A stretch of DNA of 63,272 bases, the filler included, from Basidiobolus ranarum (Eukaryota): the NCBI GenBank assembly GCA_040143965.1. It is 9 parts of 9 records of this genome, joined end to end, with 100 filler letters (N's around TTAATTAATTAA, not from the genome) between each part and the next. Parts side by side here need not be neighbours in the genome. Positions count along the whole stretch, not along the records: positions 35,251 to 42,188 come from JASJQH010001212.1; positions 42,289 to 49,221 come from JASJQH010001213.1; positions 49,322 to 56,247 come from JASJQH010001214.1; 6 more parts are not named here. One strand, given 5' to 3'. The translations under genes were made by a program, and so were the position numbers. Positions within the stretch are counted from its first letter, which is position 1; each line of letters begins with the position of its first letter. Below, one piece after another: positions 37,064 to 50,665 of the stretch. The notes beneath the pieces were generated by a model that searched no databases, was not told where the DNA came from, and worked only from the letters and a program-made list of their open reading frames with translations.

Positions 37064-39925
37064 TTGAAATTTTGGTAGCGAAGTAAAGTAGTAGTAGATC
37101 ACACGTCAAGGTTATTACTGAAATATGTACACGATAAGTTTAAATTGTTAACGAGGATAGAGAGAGCTAATGAATGAAGAGAAGTTGACGTCTATCCGTT
37201 TTTATATGTCATATTATTAACTATCTCATTGAATGCACCTAGCCGGCAAAATTACTGGCCTCAAGCCAATGGTTTGAAGTTATTTTGATCATTCCCCCTC
37301 GTACCAAATTATTTTCCCATGCCAATACCTTTTTCCCTAGGACTGTAGTCACTACCAAAGTTGACTATCTTTGTTTGACAACGAATTTCCAAACTTAACA
37401 TTTGAGAAAAAGAGTTCTATTGAGAGTCAGCTTTGTTGATGACTCCATTGGTGATAGATGTGCTGTGAAGAAAGCGACTGTGGTGATTTAAAGTATATGA
37501 GTTTGACAAATCTTCGATGGAAATGTAGGGACGCCACAATGAACATCCCCACCATTTTTGATAATTTGTGCGAAATAGCACCTGTTCTCAAGCATAAATT
37601 TAATAGTGTGCTTCTCCTGATTGTGTGAATATCTTGCCATAATAAGGTCACAAATCTACCTCAAAGATTGTCCTTTTTTTCTCTGTACCACATTACATAT
37701 TAAGGGTCACGTGTATTGGTTGAAGTCACCGAATGTGCTATGAATGATGTATTGATATACACAGCAAAACTTCGCGATATGATGGCATTTGCACTAGCCA
37801 TACCATAGTTGACGTCTCAATTTTTCGCTTAGGTACAACCGATGACTTTTAGGCGCTGGTGTAAAGACACTCGACCGGTATCTTCCAGAATCAAGATCAT
37901 TCTATATTGAACTAGTACACTTCCGGTTCGTAATGATAAAGATCGGAGTGTCTACCAATGGATCACAGCTTTTTATCAACCTAGCTTCATATTTGTGGCT
38001 AAAATTTACCAAATGCTGTCCAAATTAATTGAAAGATCAACTGACCTCTGCAAGGCTTTCTTCACATGTGAAATGTACAGTCTCGGGAATAACTCCTTTA
38101 AATCAAGAATTTTCTCTTGTTGCTACTGCTGGCCAATACTTGCTTGTCTTAATGATATGTAGGATTCTGGTTTTGAATTCAAACTACCTTGAACGTGAAT
38201 TAAGTTGTAAATCAACTTGCTCTTGCTCTTAAATGTCTCCTTATCTTTAACAGGTTGGTACTTCCTAAACGAGCTTTCTCGAGCTTCTTCCACTAGAGTT
38301 TGGATGGTTTTATTATTGACTGGCCTAACCTAGACGGGCTTCATGGCTATTATGATAGAAACTAGTTCATCCCTTGCATGTGCCAATAGTTCATCGATAG
38401 AATTAGTTAGTTCATTACATGAATGTCAAATGAGTTGCTGTTATACGAAGCTATCAATATTTAGAAATCACATTTCTTTTCTCGCTGACATTTCTCCACA
38501 CAATCTCACATAGTCAGGGCCTTGCAAACAAACCCTCAAAAGAGTCGAAGCATGTCAACGATGCTTATTCGGCCAAGTTCATTCCTCCGTCGGTAAATCG
38601 TATTTTGCGGTTGGAAAGTTCCTGTGACGTCATGATGTGTCAGTAAAAGAAGTAGCGGTTAGGCTTGGCTATATCAAATAGGTAGAGATTCCAATGGGCT
38701 CTCTTCAAAACCTGGTAGGAAACATTCTTGGGGAGATCTGAGTTGGCGGCTCATTTTGAGATGAGATTTTCGAGAAGTCACAAATTACAGTGCATTTGTG
38801 TGGGGAGAATTTGAGTGGCCCAGAGATAAGTATCACCTGACAGAAAGTATGCACCACGTGACCAATTAACTAAGCGGTGTTCTGAGCGAAGCCAATTACG
38901 CGCTGATTTGTAAAGTAAGCTTAATCAGTTAGCCAACGATAACCTGGCTGTTGGTAATATGGTGTACATATAGCGAAAATAGGCTGATGATGCTTGTAAA
39001 TTTACCGTCACGTTATAGGCTGACACAGCTTGAAGCCAATGCAAAGTTGGACATGTCATCTATGGCTGAAAGAGGCCGATCAAGTGAGTGTTTTCTCACG
39101 CGCATCACCTGCATATCCAATGTACTAAGTTGCCATAGGACTTCAAGAAAGTAAGCCAATCCCATTGTTTACGAGTCACCTAGATATCTACACTGGCATT
39201 CAGCCGTTTGTCATGAACTTACGTTAGCTGGCGGAGAGTGAGAATAGTTTTGCCGTGGTGCTGGAAGGCAAATGTAGTGATGGCTGATATTTGTTAGTGG
39301 CTCACAATCACATGCAGGCTGTATCAATCTATAGTGACGAGCTCATATGACCTTCATCACGCGCCCACTGATTACTTACCAGACGTATTTCGGGTTTTAC
39401 CATGTTTGGTGCTAGTGATTTAACGATTCCAAGCGATTCCTTGATCATTACGGGAGCCTCTTTTTCCGTCCGATGGCATACCAGCCAATCCATCGTCTAT
39501 TGGTCATCGTTTATTAGATCTATAAACCTCAATTGGTTTCGAATGTGAGATTTGGTTGGATGTGACTAGCTTTATTTTGGTTGTTCAGTCTGCTGATTCG
39601 TATTAGCCCCTGAACGAACCAGTGTTTTTTCTACGAACTGTATTTAAATAGTCATTGTCAACAACTAGTTTCATTTTTGATACCATCTTTCAACCTTCAC
39701 TACAAACATTCCCCAAGTCACTATTTCCCCGTCACTTCTGCCATCTGTTACTTCACGCGTATAATCCTATTTTGACAACTAAACTAGGACATATCATCCC
39801 ATCATCGTTACTGAAGTGCGTGCCCTATCATTACTATTCTTCCGGAGCACTCACAAACGATAGAACACCAAGACCAAACATACAGCTCTAAAAGTCTACT
39901 TTTTCACGGACCAAAACTTATCCTC

Positions 39926-40957
39926 ATGCATACACGCCACCTATCTAGTCATACTCAGGGCTGTTGCTCACTTCGCAGTACCGCAACCATTTGGGTGGAA
40001 ACCGAAGGTGAGCGTCTGTATGTAACAAGGGCCACAAACGAGGCACTGAAGCTATTTGGCTACGTGGAAGAGTCGGAAATCATCAGTTCAGAAATAGAGG
40101 AAGTGTTTGAAATTGTAGAATACGTAAACGAATCCAACGATTACCTACTACTGAGAACCATGAAGAATTCCAAAGGCCCAATTTGGGTCAATGCTTGTGC
40201 TCATATCAGTAAAAATCAACAACAGTGGAATCTACGTGATGTAACTCACCAAAAGCTTCTCACTTCGTTTGAGCTTCCATCTCCTGTGACCGAACATCGA
40301 GATCATGATGTATACGTACTGAGCATCACGCATTTCGGTATTATAGAGCACGTATTCCCTGCCCCTTTCATGGGGCTTAAGGTGAACGATTTAATCGACA
40401 GACCGTTGATGAAGTTTGTCCATCCGGAGGATTTAAAGATTCTATGTAATGGACTAAGTACCATGTCCAAGTCTATGTATGCCAGTTTCACCGTTCGATG
40501 GCAAAATGGCGATGACGATTCAAATGAGATCAAGTATGAACAGGTTCAAGTGCATGCCATGATCTCAGAGAACAACCCGGTATGTGTAATCCGGTCTCCC
40601 TTGGCCACATTGGGCACAGAGAAATCCGTTAGTATTCGAAAGGCGCATCACTCCGATAACAATCGCGACATCAACAGGGGTCTTATGTGGCCATTTATTG
40701 GACAACTGGAGGTTGTTAACAAAATATATCTCCACTGCATAGATTACTTTCAAGATTATTGGAACTACTGGCACCGATATGTTATTGAACATATAGAAGA
40801 TAGCCCTAATGCTAAGAATTGGAACAGTCTACTTGAAGCGGTTTATCAAGATCTTGAAAAATCTCCTCTAGAAGCTTGGTCCAACTGTAAAAATAACGTA
40901 GCTAGTTTTCTTGTTAATTTAGTTACTACGTGGAGTGCTTTTGCAACTCATGAATGA
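39926..40957 (+). CDS. Intronless protein with PAS-like domain(s)
   Basis: 343-aa ORF; ALKLFGY and FMGLKVNDLIDRPLMKFVHPEDL are PAS-fold-like signatures. Confidence 0.7.
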   Translation: MHTRHLSSHTQGCCSLRSTATIWVETEGERLYVTRATNEALKLFGYVEESEIISSEIEEVFEIVEYVNESNDYLLLRTMKNSKGPIWVNACAHISKNQQQWNLRDVTHQKLLTSFELPSPVTEHRDHDVYVLSITHFGIIEHVFPAPFMGLKVNDLIDRPLMKFVHPEDLKILCNGLSTMSKSMYASFTVRWQNGDDDSNEIKYEQVQVHAMISENNPVCVIRSPLATLGTEKSVSIRKAHHSDNNRDINRGLMWPFIGQLEVVNKIYLHCIDYFQDYWNYWHRYVIEHIEDSPNAKNWNSLLEAVYQDLEKSPLEAWSNCKNNVASFLVNLVTTWSAFATHE

Positions 40958-42188
40958 TCTTGTAATACTTTTGTCAGAGGGGTTTCCCCGTGAACTTCGT
41001 GCTTTCTATTGTATATACTCCGCTCTGTTTTTCTACATTCGCATTGTGTTCGTAGTTATTTCTCGCTGTCAGATTTTTGTATTTTTTCATGTAACATGAA
41101 GGTTTTGGATCTCCTGAGATTCATCCAAATTCAACTATTACAGACCTAAATTATCTCAAGTATCATTTTATGACTGTGATTGGTAGTTGTCGATATTATC
41201 ACTGTTATAATTCTTCAGGAACTACAAGCGTTGACATGCACTGTAAGAACAGTTACGGAAGTCAAAGTAACAGTATTTGATAACACCGAGGGCACATTCC
41301 CCCACTCTGAAGAGCACCAATTAGGTTGAAACGGATTTTCAACAAACAATTACTCGAGTTCTCAACATTCATAGTTCTGTCAAATACTGTACTGATACGC
41401 GTCACAACTTTCTTTTGACAGCAATGATGCTTGATTTAGTGAAGTTGGTGCATAAAATAATCATAACTTCATGCGTCCAATATTCCTAAAAGAAACATCC
41501 ACACTAGATCTAGGGGGCTATGGCTCTTTCCTTTGGTAAATGTATTTGCTAGTATACATCTACTTGAAAGGAGTTCGCATATTTCAATATCTCTAATGCT
41601 CCATGTCTTCGGTGACTAGTAAATACTGGAGAATTAATGCTATCATACTAATGGGCATAGTGGCACCTTCAATTGAGAAACTCCCGAGCATATTCAATGC
41701 TTCGGATCATTGAACAGTAATGGCACTTTCATCCCCTTGTGGATGTATATAAGATATCAAGGTAGCCCATAACTAACATTATATTTCAGTGTTAAGTAGA
41801 AGCTCTTAGCATCATTTCAAGTAGTAACCATCTGAATTAAATCAATCCATCCGTTCCTTTTCCTAACTAAAAATGCACTTCAATACCAAGGTAAACTAGG
41901 ATTCCCTAAACAGCCTTCTTTTTAAAGAACTGATATTAACTTACTTATTTCCTTGCTTCATTTGATGAATGTCCTTTTAGTTCCTTGCTTTATTAACCTT
42001 CACTTCCATGGCCACTCTATCCAATGCAGCCATTTGCCGGGAAGCGGTAGACAATTTCAATGATAGAAGTGTCATCCAACTAAGTGGCGAGGCGCCTCAC
42101 CATTTAACTCTTCAAGTGGTCTTATTCATCAAGAAGGTAGCAGCATTCCTAAAGTGTTTTCAATGGCAAGAAAATAAATGTAACTCAG

Positions 42189-42288
42189 NNNNNNNNNNNN
42201 NNNNNNNNNNNNNNNNNNNNNNNNNNNNNNNNTTAATTAATTAANNNNNNNNNNNNNNNNNNNNNNNNNNNNNNNNNNNNNNNNNNNN
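42189..42288. other. Artificial contig-joining spacer
   Basis: N/TTAATTAATTAA/N. Confidence 0.98.
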
Positions 42289-43225
42289 GGCTATAGATAC
42301 ATTGCTTTCTGTTTCTGATATATGTATTATAACTAAAGTTAACTATGATGTTGAATAAAGATTAATTATCCAACAAAAAGTTCCATAAATTTGAGAAGTA
42401 GATATTACAGAGAGTGTAAGCTTGGGGCTCATAACCTGTTAAAGTATTTGGGAGCCTGTTGGAAGTGGTTTGGAGAATTAGAGGAATTGGTGGTTTTCAC
42501 TTATTGATTTATTGAGTAGTGTTGATATTTATAGTTTTGTCATGATGTAAACAAAAAAATGTGTACAATGTGTTAAGGAAGGTCCCAGGAACATGTGTGC
42601 AAAGCTTGGGGCTTCTAGTACCAGTTTGAAAAAATCTATATATCTGAGAACTTCTAAGTTGGTAAAAATATTCTAAGTAAATTCCAATTGAGAATAATGG
42701 TTAATATCTAGTGAATTATGAGATAACTAAGTACTAAGCTATACATGACTATATATGTGTTTAGGTAATGCTAATTTCAACATATAATTGGTTCCATCCA
42801 ATTTTTCAGAAGAGGGAAATGTTCCCAGATATTTGGGAAGTAGACATTACAGAGAGTGCAAGCTCAGAGCTCATAACCTATTATATATGCAGAAAATAGA
42901 GAAGTTGCTGGTTTTCATGTATTGATTTAATGAGCTGAAAACTGACATTTATAGTTTTGTTAAGATGTAAGCCAACTAATGTGTAGAATATGTCAAGAAA
43001 GATCCTGGAAACAGGTGTGCAAAGTTTGGGGCTTCTAGCATAAGTTTGAAAAATCTATATATCTGGGAACTGTTAAAGTATTTGGGAGCCTGTTGGAATT
43101 GGTTTGGAGAATTAGAGAAATTGGTGGTTTCCACTTATTGATTTGTTGAGTAGAAAGTTGACATTTATAGTTTTGTCAAGATGTAAACAAACTAACGTGT
43201 AGAATGCGTTAAGGAAGGGCTCAGC
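42289..43225 (-). mobile_element. Nested LTR cluster: family-B LTR end (42289-42375); family-A gag start + PBS (42424-42436) + LTR (42437-42782); second gag start/PBS relic (42783-42878); two further LTR pieces (~42880-43070, 43071-43225)
   Basis: Reverse-complement matches to 19656-20070 and direct match to 33149-33235. Confidence 0.88.
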
Positions 43226-44784
43226 AATACCCTACCGTGGCATATGATTATTATATTTTCAACTTCCACCGTAGTAGAAGTGGCCAAATTACAAATGTGA
43301 AAATATCAATATTGAAAATTTCGGTTTCAAATTACTAAGCCAATGAATTCCAACATGAACAAGCGTTTCTTCCTTGGCATACTGTACTTCTGTTTAAAAT
43401 TTCAATTTATATTGCTACTTGATATTCCTATCAGCATAATTATGTTTAACAAGCGCACGTGACATGCATTTCAGTATCATGGTAGCCCAAACTAATATTT
43501 AAGCATCACATCAAGAGTGTCTAGTATATATGGACATATATCATAATTGATGAGTAAAATTATCGAATTTGTTGTCCTAAAATACTAGCAATCAATCACC
43601 ATACATATTATAGGAGTGAATGTATCTTTAGTAAGCAGCAATAAATACATCAGTCAGGAAAGGAAAATTCCTATAAGCAGTAATGATTATATAATAACAA
43701 AATTAATACCAGTTTAGTCACCATGTAGCATTGTCCCCTGGCTCCGATGTAGGCTAATCTCTATCCTATTAATAATTCCTTAGGGTTAGAATTTAGCAGT
43801 GATTTGTAAAAAGAAGATCGATCAAGAAGTGCATACAATATATATACGATTATTGAGTGACTCGCATAGCGCATTTACACTTGATTCAATTTGCATATAA
43901 TCAGTCTTAATTGATTTCATCAAACATGCTCTAAGTTAACTTATTTCTTAAAAACAATAATGTCAGCTGAGATATTGAGCCTATCAAAAGGTGTATGTGA
44001 ATATGGCGTATATGGCGAGATAATGTAAATGTACAGTAAGCAATCCCGCGCCCCTCAAAAAGGGATTTTTGCTCACCCTCATCTCTATCCTCATCCTCAT
44101 CCTGATCATGGGTGCAGTAGTCAAAGAATCAGTTGAATCAATTAGGGCAGAATAGCCAGAGTCATTTGAATTGATTAGGGCGGTGCTTACGAGAACAGCT
44201 GCAAGCAGAAAGTTCCTAGAAAATGCAAATCAGTCATGTTTTGAATTGACTGAATCATTTATTAGTACGTATTAGGGAAGTCACCAAAAACTCCAATCTA
44301 GGAAATTCATCAAAACTTAACTGTCATCTTTCATATAGCCGAAGCAGAGCCATCCGTAGCCGGTGCGGGAGCCGAACACCAGGCTTGATTCATCTTATGG
44401 ATTAATCTTACGGCTGACTCATGTCCACCAATAAAATTAAGGTTTAAGTTGAGTGGAATTTCGATACTGATTTAGGTAATATGTGTCAAGTCGGCTCGAT
44501 GTTCGATTCCTCTAGTACCGCTCATCAAAGCGAATCTAGCTCAGGTGAAACCAAATGAATTCATCCCAACATGGGCCTCCGCAATTGAGGAATCTCTTTT
44601 AAACCAGACCTTTGTACTGATACTTTTAAATAAGGTAAGTTTAATTAGATGGCTTCATTTGGTATGTAATCAACACCATCATGTGATAGTTGGAACGAAA
44701 GAGAACCGTGCTGACTCGTGAAAATATCTATATATAATATGAAAGACACACATAAGCCTAACCATACCAAATTCTATTTTATAC

Positions 44785-45861
44785 ATGTTTAAACGCGTTC
44801 GAAGAGACTCTGCAGGATTATTAAACGAAGAAGGACTTGACATCGAGCTTCACCATGACGTGCTGACCATGCAAGGCTCTCCCAGAGAGTCTGTTGGGTG
44901 CGTTTTGAGTGGAGCATTGAAGTTTAACCTCATAGAGCCATTGAAAGTGAAATCTATCACCTTGAAGTTTGTTGGCAAGGTCAAGATCGACGGGTGTGCT
45001 GGTACGTACATTTACAGTGAACTCTTGCTGCCCATTCATTACTCTAACCCATTCATCCGTTGAACAGAACTTTCCCGACAAGAATTTGAATTGATTCAGC
45101 ACAAGTGGAGCTTCTTAGAAGCACAGCAAGATAATTATCTTTTGGCTCCCAATAACTACAACTACCATTTTGAACTTCCTCTCCCAGGAAATCTTCCAGA
45201 ATCAGTTGAAGTAAACAACGGTAAAATCTTTTACCAGCTTATCGCCGTGGTTGAACGGCCCGCATTCCGCTTTGATATCAAGAAAGTAAAAGATGTGGAT
45301 ATCAAGAGAACTCCCCTCGCTTCCATTGACGATGGCTTTCAGCCAGTCATGGCTTCTGGAGTTTGGTCTGACAAACTGGCTTACACCATATCAATACCCG
45401 ATACGAAATATACTATTGGTGACACGTTTCCGGTCATGTACAGCTTTTGCTTGCTAGATCCGACATTGAAGATTCGAAAGATATCCCTCCTACTCCGAGA
45501 GTTCATATACTATAATTTGGATGAAGCAGAGCCAGTCTCCAAGTGGTCTGATCTTCGTGGTATGAACCAGATGTGCCCGAGTGAATACGCACATGCCTGG
45601 GAAGGTCGCATGGATCTTCAAATCCCCAAACATGCCTACTATGACTGTGAATCGAAATACATCCGGGTCTTTCATAAGTTCTTTGTGGAGATTGAATTGA
45701 GCGAGGATAACGGAAGCACTCGGGTGCTAAATGTTCTTCTCCGTGTTGGAATTCAATCGGCAATTCAGAATGAGTTATCTCAGTCTCCCCCAAGATACCA
45801 GCCATTCATCGATCCATCAGGCGTGTCTCCTCCACCATACTCCCATATTGCATGTGCTTGA
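44785..45861 (+). CDS. Alpha-arrestin (arrestin N/C domains with C-terminal PY motifs), 2 exons (intron 45002-45067)
   Basis: LSGALKFNLIEPLKVKSITLKFVG, YHFELPLPGNLPESV..GKIFYQLIAVVERP, C-terminal PPRY and PPPY. Confidence 0.9.
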
Positions 45862-46459
45862 GCCATTCACCCCAAGCACCATCATCCATCTGTAGATAAG
45901 CAGCTTTCTCATTCACCAACTCCACTGTCGATATTATTAATTGAAGTTGAAAATTGATTTTTGTAAATAAACAACCATAATCATGATATCTAGAGGCTGT
46001 AGATTATGTAGCCCCCTAACCCTAGTTGAAATCTGGTGAAAAGATCAGGAGAGGAGTTGAAATCTGGTGAAAAGAACAGCAGGGGAGGAGTTGGCTCATC
46101 TGTATATTTATGTTGATCATAGGAGGCCGATTTGACACCCATGCATGGATCTCCCTCCTAGGAAGGTTGACAGTCATGAAAAGGGCAAAACTAGTTACGG
46201 TACAACGACAGTTACGTACAATATTAATTATAAATTAATCACTAGTGCATTTCGACTACGCGTAGAGTAACTATCATACATCATTATGAACAAGTTGCGA
46301 TTTGAGGGAGGTATGGAGCATGCAGTAATTTATGCTATGGTGGATCAGAGTACCTAAACCTGAAGTAAAGATGAGAATTCTCGCGCTCCTGACAACCATG
46401 TCTACTTATTGTGCCCAGAAATATATAAGCTCCACGAATACCAAGCTACCTATACTATC

Positions 46460-47641
46460 ATGAGCGACTATTCAGGAACTCAGAACCACATCAGTGACCA
46501 CCAAGCGAGGATCATCGCCCAAGAAACGATATGGACCAACATTATATCGATGACCATGGCATTCATTGTCATTTTGGTTTATTTCGTTACCTTCTTCTGT
46601 AATAAGCGACTTGTAGATCGAGTCACTCTTAGACTGACAGTTGCCAGCTCAGTGTCCGACTTGATATACAGTGCCTCCATGCTTTGGGGCGCTTTTATCA
46701 CCGCAGATGGATGGGATTGTCACATTTTCATGTGGAGCTTCATAGAGTTTACCCTTCTCCCTCTTTTCCTTAGCATTTCCATCGCTACTAATCTCTGCGC
46801 CGTTTATCTCTTGGGAATACGACAAACTCAGAGATTTGAAATTTACTACTATGGTGTACCAATCTTGCTTTCGTTAATGATTTCGATCCCGTTGCCTACT
46901 TTTCAACGGTTTGGATGGTTAGAAGATGCTCAGCTGTGTTGGTACGTCCCTAACGGTAGGGAAACCTTGATATGGCTTTCATTAACATATCACTTCTGGA
47001 TTATACTGAGCGTGGCCATTTTGATCGTACAAGTGGGTTTTCTTATTCGTAAACTCAAGACAGATCAAGACATCAACGTTCAAAGTATCAAACCTGGAGA
47101 GAAGATCTCTAAAACTGTTGCTTCGATCGAGAAAAGAATGGATAAGACAGTGAGACAAGTACTCACTAGAGTTATTCTTTACCCCATGGTTCCCACTATC
47201 ACTCAAAGTTTGGGTATCGTCGTTTACATGAACGCTTTCATCAACGGTTATTGGAATTTTGGTCTTATGTTCTCGTGGTGCTTTTTTACCGCAATTCAAG
47301 CTTCTTTAAATGCCGTTGTATTCTTTCTTGACCCGGCCGTGCATAATACTTGGAAACAACTTAAGGAACATTTGAGAACAGTACATGGGGATGAAATTCA
47401 ACACTTGGATACTCTTCAATTGACGAGGAGAAGAAAAGCTAAACTGTGGTTTATTAGCAAGCTCATAGGGTCTATACAAGCTACTCAAGTTGGATATCTA
47501 AGTGACCCCAATTTTCAGGCCTTTTCCTTATTCATCGTTACCAACACTCAAGTTAAAAGTTTCCACGAAAAGCAAACTATAACCCGTCCAAATATCAATG
47601 AACCAGATGAAGAGATAATAGAAACACTGTCTCAATATTAA
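46460..47641 (+). CDS. Intronless seven-transmembrane GPCR-like receptor (cAMP-receptor/Git3-like)
   Basis: Seven hydrophobic segments; RVTLRL..SDLIYS, extracellular Cys (GWDC, LCWY), RVILYP, FFLDPAV. Confidence 0.8.
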   Translation: MSDYSGTQNHISDHQARIIAQETIWTNIISMTMAFIVILVYFVTFFCNKRLVDRVTLRLTVASSVSDLIYSASMLWGAFITADGWDCHIFMWSFIEFTLLPLFLSISIATNLCAVYLLGIRQTQRFEIYYYGVPILLSLMISIPLPTFQRFGWLEDAQLCWYVPNGRETLIWLSLTYHFWIILSVAILIVQVGFLIRKLKTDQDINVQSIKPGEKISKTVASIEKRMDKTVRQVLTRVILYPMVPTITQSLGIVVYMNAFINGYWNFGLMFSWCFFTAIQASLNAVVFFLDPAVHNTWKQLKEHLRTVHGDEIQHLDTLQLTRRRKAKLWFISKLIGSIQATQVGYLSDPNFQAFSLFIVTNTQVKSFHEKQTITRPNINEPDEEIIETLSQY

Positions 47642-47866
47642 GAGTTATCAAAACTCGATTTGTATTATACTATATTAAGCTAATGATAATAGTTCCACCA
47701 AATAAACCTTCTCAGGCTAGATTGATTAAATCAATGGATTAAAAAATGAATGATACCTATTGAATTATGCTGAATTCATTGGACCTGGAAATCGCATGAA
47801 TAAGTCACATCTTTTAGCGTAAGTCGTGTTATCCACTTGAATGGTTATTAGTATCTTACCTTCACT

Positions 47867-49221
47867 ATGACCGTAAAGGAAGTGATACGTTTTATTAGTG
47901 ATGAACTCCATAAAACCACTGTCGGTCAAGAAGACTTTGACAAACTGGTGTATCTCGAGGATTTCGTTTCCACTTTCGACGGAGACGCCAATGATTTGGA
48001 TAGATTATCGGTAGAACTTCAACAATTATATACTTCAGAAAGCATCTCTACCCCGAATTCTTCCCTATCCTCTAATACAGAAGATCTGAGTGCTAGACAT
48101 CTGATTATTATCAAGTGTTTGAGGAAATTACTTACTCTTCTAGGACAAGAACGTTTTGTTGGAGATTGGTGGGAGCCTATCCTTAAACCTTTGTTATGTT
48201 CACAAAATCGATATCGACCACTCGTAAATGAGTGCAACGCGCTTATTTTAGATGCCATGTCTTTGGAAAACTCCGATAGTACTTCACCAAAGCCCGATTT
48301 TCGTAAAAAGATATTTGAAATATACATAAATCAGGCTAGTCCCATTTTAATCGACCTTAGTTGGCTTGAAAATGTGGAAAAAATATTACTTTCCTATGGG
48401 TCTTCGCATACTAAGGTTCGACGACTACTTCTCTTCTCAAACTCATGTTTAGTTGAAATCCAGAAAGACCTCGTTTAACTTTTATCTCCAACGATAGGAA
48501 TTTTTTAACGCTTTGAACGAGTACTTTTTGATTCAATCAAGCCGTATTCAAGTGTTGACTCTATTGGTTAACTTCTTACGTCGTCAAGTATGCTCTTTAT
48601 AACCTTCATTGAGAAGAAATATCCGTGGTAACCTGTACATTGTAGGATATTCATATTCACTACATATCTCAATCTCCGTTGCTTGATTCAATCATGCAAT
48701 CCCTGCTGGTATTTGACTTTGAAGCATTGAATAGTGGAATATGAACCATCGAATGTCTAATTCCTTCTCTTAAGGTTGATTCTTCGGTCACTACAATCAC
48801 ATTGGGTCTAACAGTAACGTCGATGCTGCTCCCTCATATTGTGCCCATCTTACCCAAACTACTACCCAAGCTATTGGCCATCATAGCTCGAGCTCTCTGT
48901 TGGGATCGAGAGAAGAACAGTTCAATTCCAAAGGAAGCGACTTTGTTTCCCAATTGGGAGGTTGATGGTGATTTGATTCTACTATTGACTACATTGCCAG
49001 AAGAGAGAACTAACATTTCTAATAGAGTCGTCCACGGATGAAGATTTGATCGCCCCCAATGCTAATATGACATTCACATTTATCTACGGGTTATTCCCAT
49101 GCAATCTATTGAAATATATTACATCTCCTCCTGCGTATGCTCAGTTTTACCAAGAATTGAATTTGGGTCCTCCTTGGATGGAAGAAGAAGTGGATACTCT
49201 TCGCACCAAAGCCCAGGTAAT
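47867..49221 (+). CDS. TSC1: Hamartin (TSC1) N-terminal part, multi-exon, 3'-truncated
   Basis: WWEPILKP, LLSYG..KEFF..LNEYF..SRIQVLTLLVNF, SMLLPHI, ARALCW, FTFIYGLFPCNLLKYI. Confidence 0.85.
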
Positions 49222-49321
49222 NNNNNNNNNNNNNNNNNNNNNNNNNNNNNNNNNNNNNNNNNNNNTTAATTAATTAANNNNNNNNNNNNNNNNNNNNNNN
49301 NNNNNNNNNNNNNNNNNNNNN
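49222..49321. other. Artificial contig-joining spacer
   Basis: N/TTAATTAATTAA/N. Confidence 0.98.
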
Positions 49322-49340
49322 TTGTTTTTTAGAAAGTGTG

Positions 49341-50487
49341 ATGAAGCAAGAAAATACTAACGTAACAGCCAATGTGCTTGCTTCCTTAGAACAACTTTCG
49401 TTAAAAGATTCTAAGGAGATATTTCATTGTCCTTCGATTGAGCAACAAGCAGCAGATTTAGGCATCGATACTGAAGGTTTAACCAAAAATGCTTTAAAAA
49501 AAACCGTTCGAGATAAACTAAGAGAAATCACTCGGGAAGAATGGAAAGCAAAGAAAAGACTAAAGTTAAAAGCCAAAAAGAAAGAAAAACTCGAGTTAAT
49601 ACAAACAGGTAAATATTTTTGAAAAAAAACCTCTCTAAAAAATGTAGATGTTTTAAACGTTGACTATTTATTAGGTCTACTTCCACCACCTGAAAAGAAA
49701 CTCTTGATTGAACAAGAACCTAGTAACGTGAAAATAGTCCTCGATCTTGGTTTTGACTCACTCATGAGTGATAAGGTAGGTAAATATGTTTACTTTCTTC
49801 TTTATAAACACCTCAATAATTATCCCCTCAATATAGGAAGTTGCTTCTATGCATGGTCAAATAAGACGTTGCTATTCAGCCAATAAAATATGTAAACATC
49901 CAGTTAATCTTATATTAACAAGCTTAAGTGGAAAGCTTCAAACTCGGTTTGAACATATCACTGATTGGAAGAGTTGGAAAAATATCCAAGTAGAAACACA
50001 AGATTATCTTGATATGTATCCCAAGGAAAAGTTGGTCTATCTTACTGCAGATTCGCCCCATATCATTCAAGATTTGGATGAAAGCAAAGTCTACCTTATC
50101 GGAGGGATTGTGGATAAGAATAGATACAAAGTAAGTTGGAGAAATTTCATACAATAGTGAGTTTCACTTAACTTTATCTCCTTTTCTTTTAGTATCTAAC
50201 TTATGAGAAAGCACAACAACAAGGTATTCAGACTGCTCAATTGCCCATAGGTGACTTTGTTAAATTGGCTTCTCGTAAAGTATTGGCCGTCAACCATGGT
50301 ATGTCCATATCATTCATTTGACCTTGTTTACTTGTTATTCATCCATGAAATTACTTTAGTATTCGAAATTTTGGTGGAGTTTTTGGAATGCAAAGACTGG
50401 GAGCAAGCATTCATGAAAGTAATTCCAAAGAGGAAATTCGCAGACCAGGAGTCACATCCTAATAGCATATTAGAAGAGGATGCTTAG
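49341..50487 (+). CDS. TRM10: tRNA (guanine-9-N1)-methyltransferase, multi-exon
   Basis: [78 protein letters not shown]. Confidence 0.95.
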
Positions 50488-50665
50488 ACAGCATCAACCA
50501 AATAGACAAAGATCGAAGTATTAAAGTTACCCTACTACCCCTAATTATTGATATAGATCCAATTTTCAACTCAATTCAAAATTCTACTCAGCCTTGATAT
50601 TATTTGATATGCATTTTTTACGTCAACTTCTTTTCCTCGTTTACTAAAGTGGCATTTTTCAAAGT

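Noticed and set aside
46024-46090. ~31-bp direct duplication downstream of the arrestin
   Set aside because: Two copies only; local slippage with no evident function
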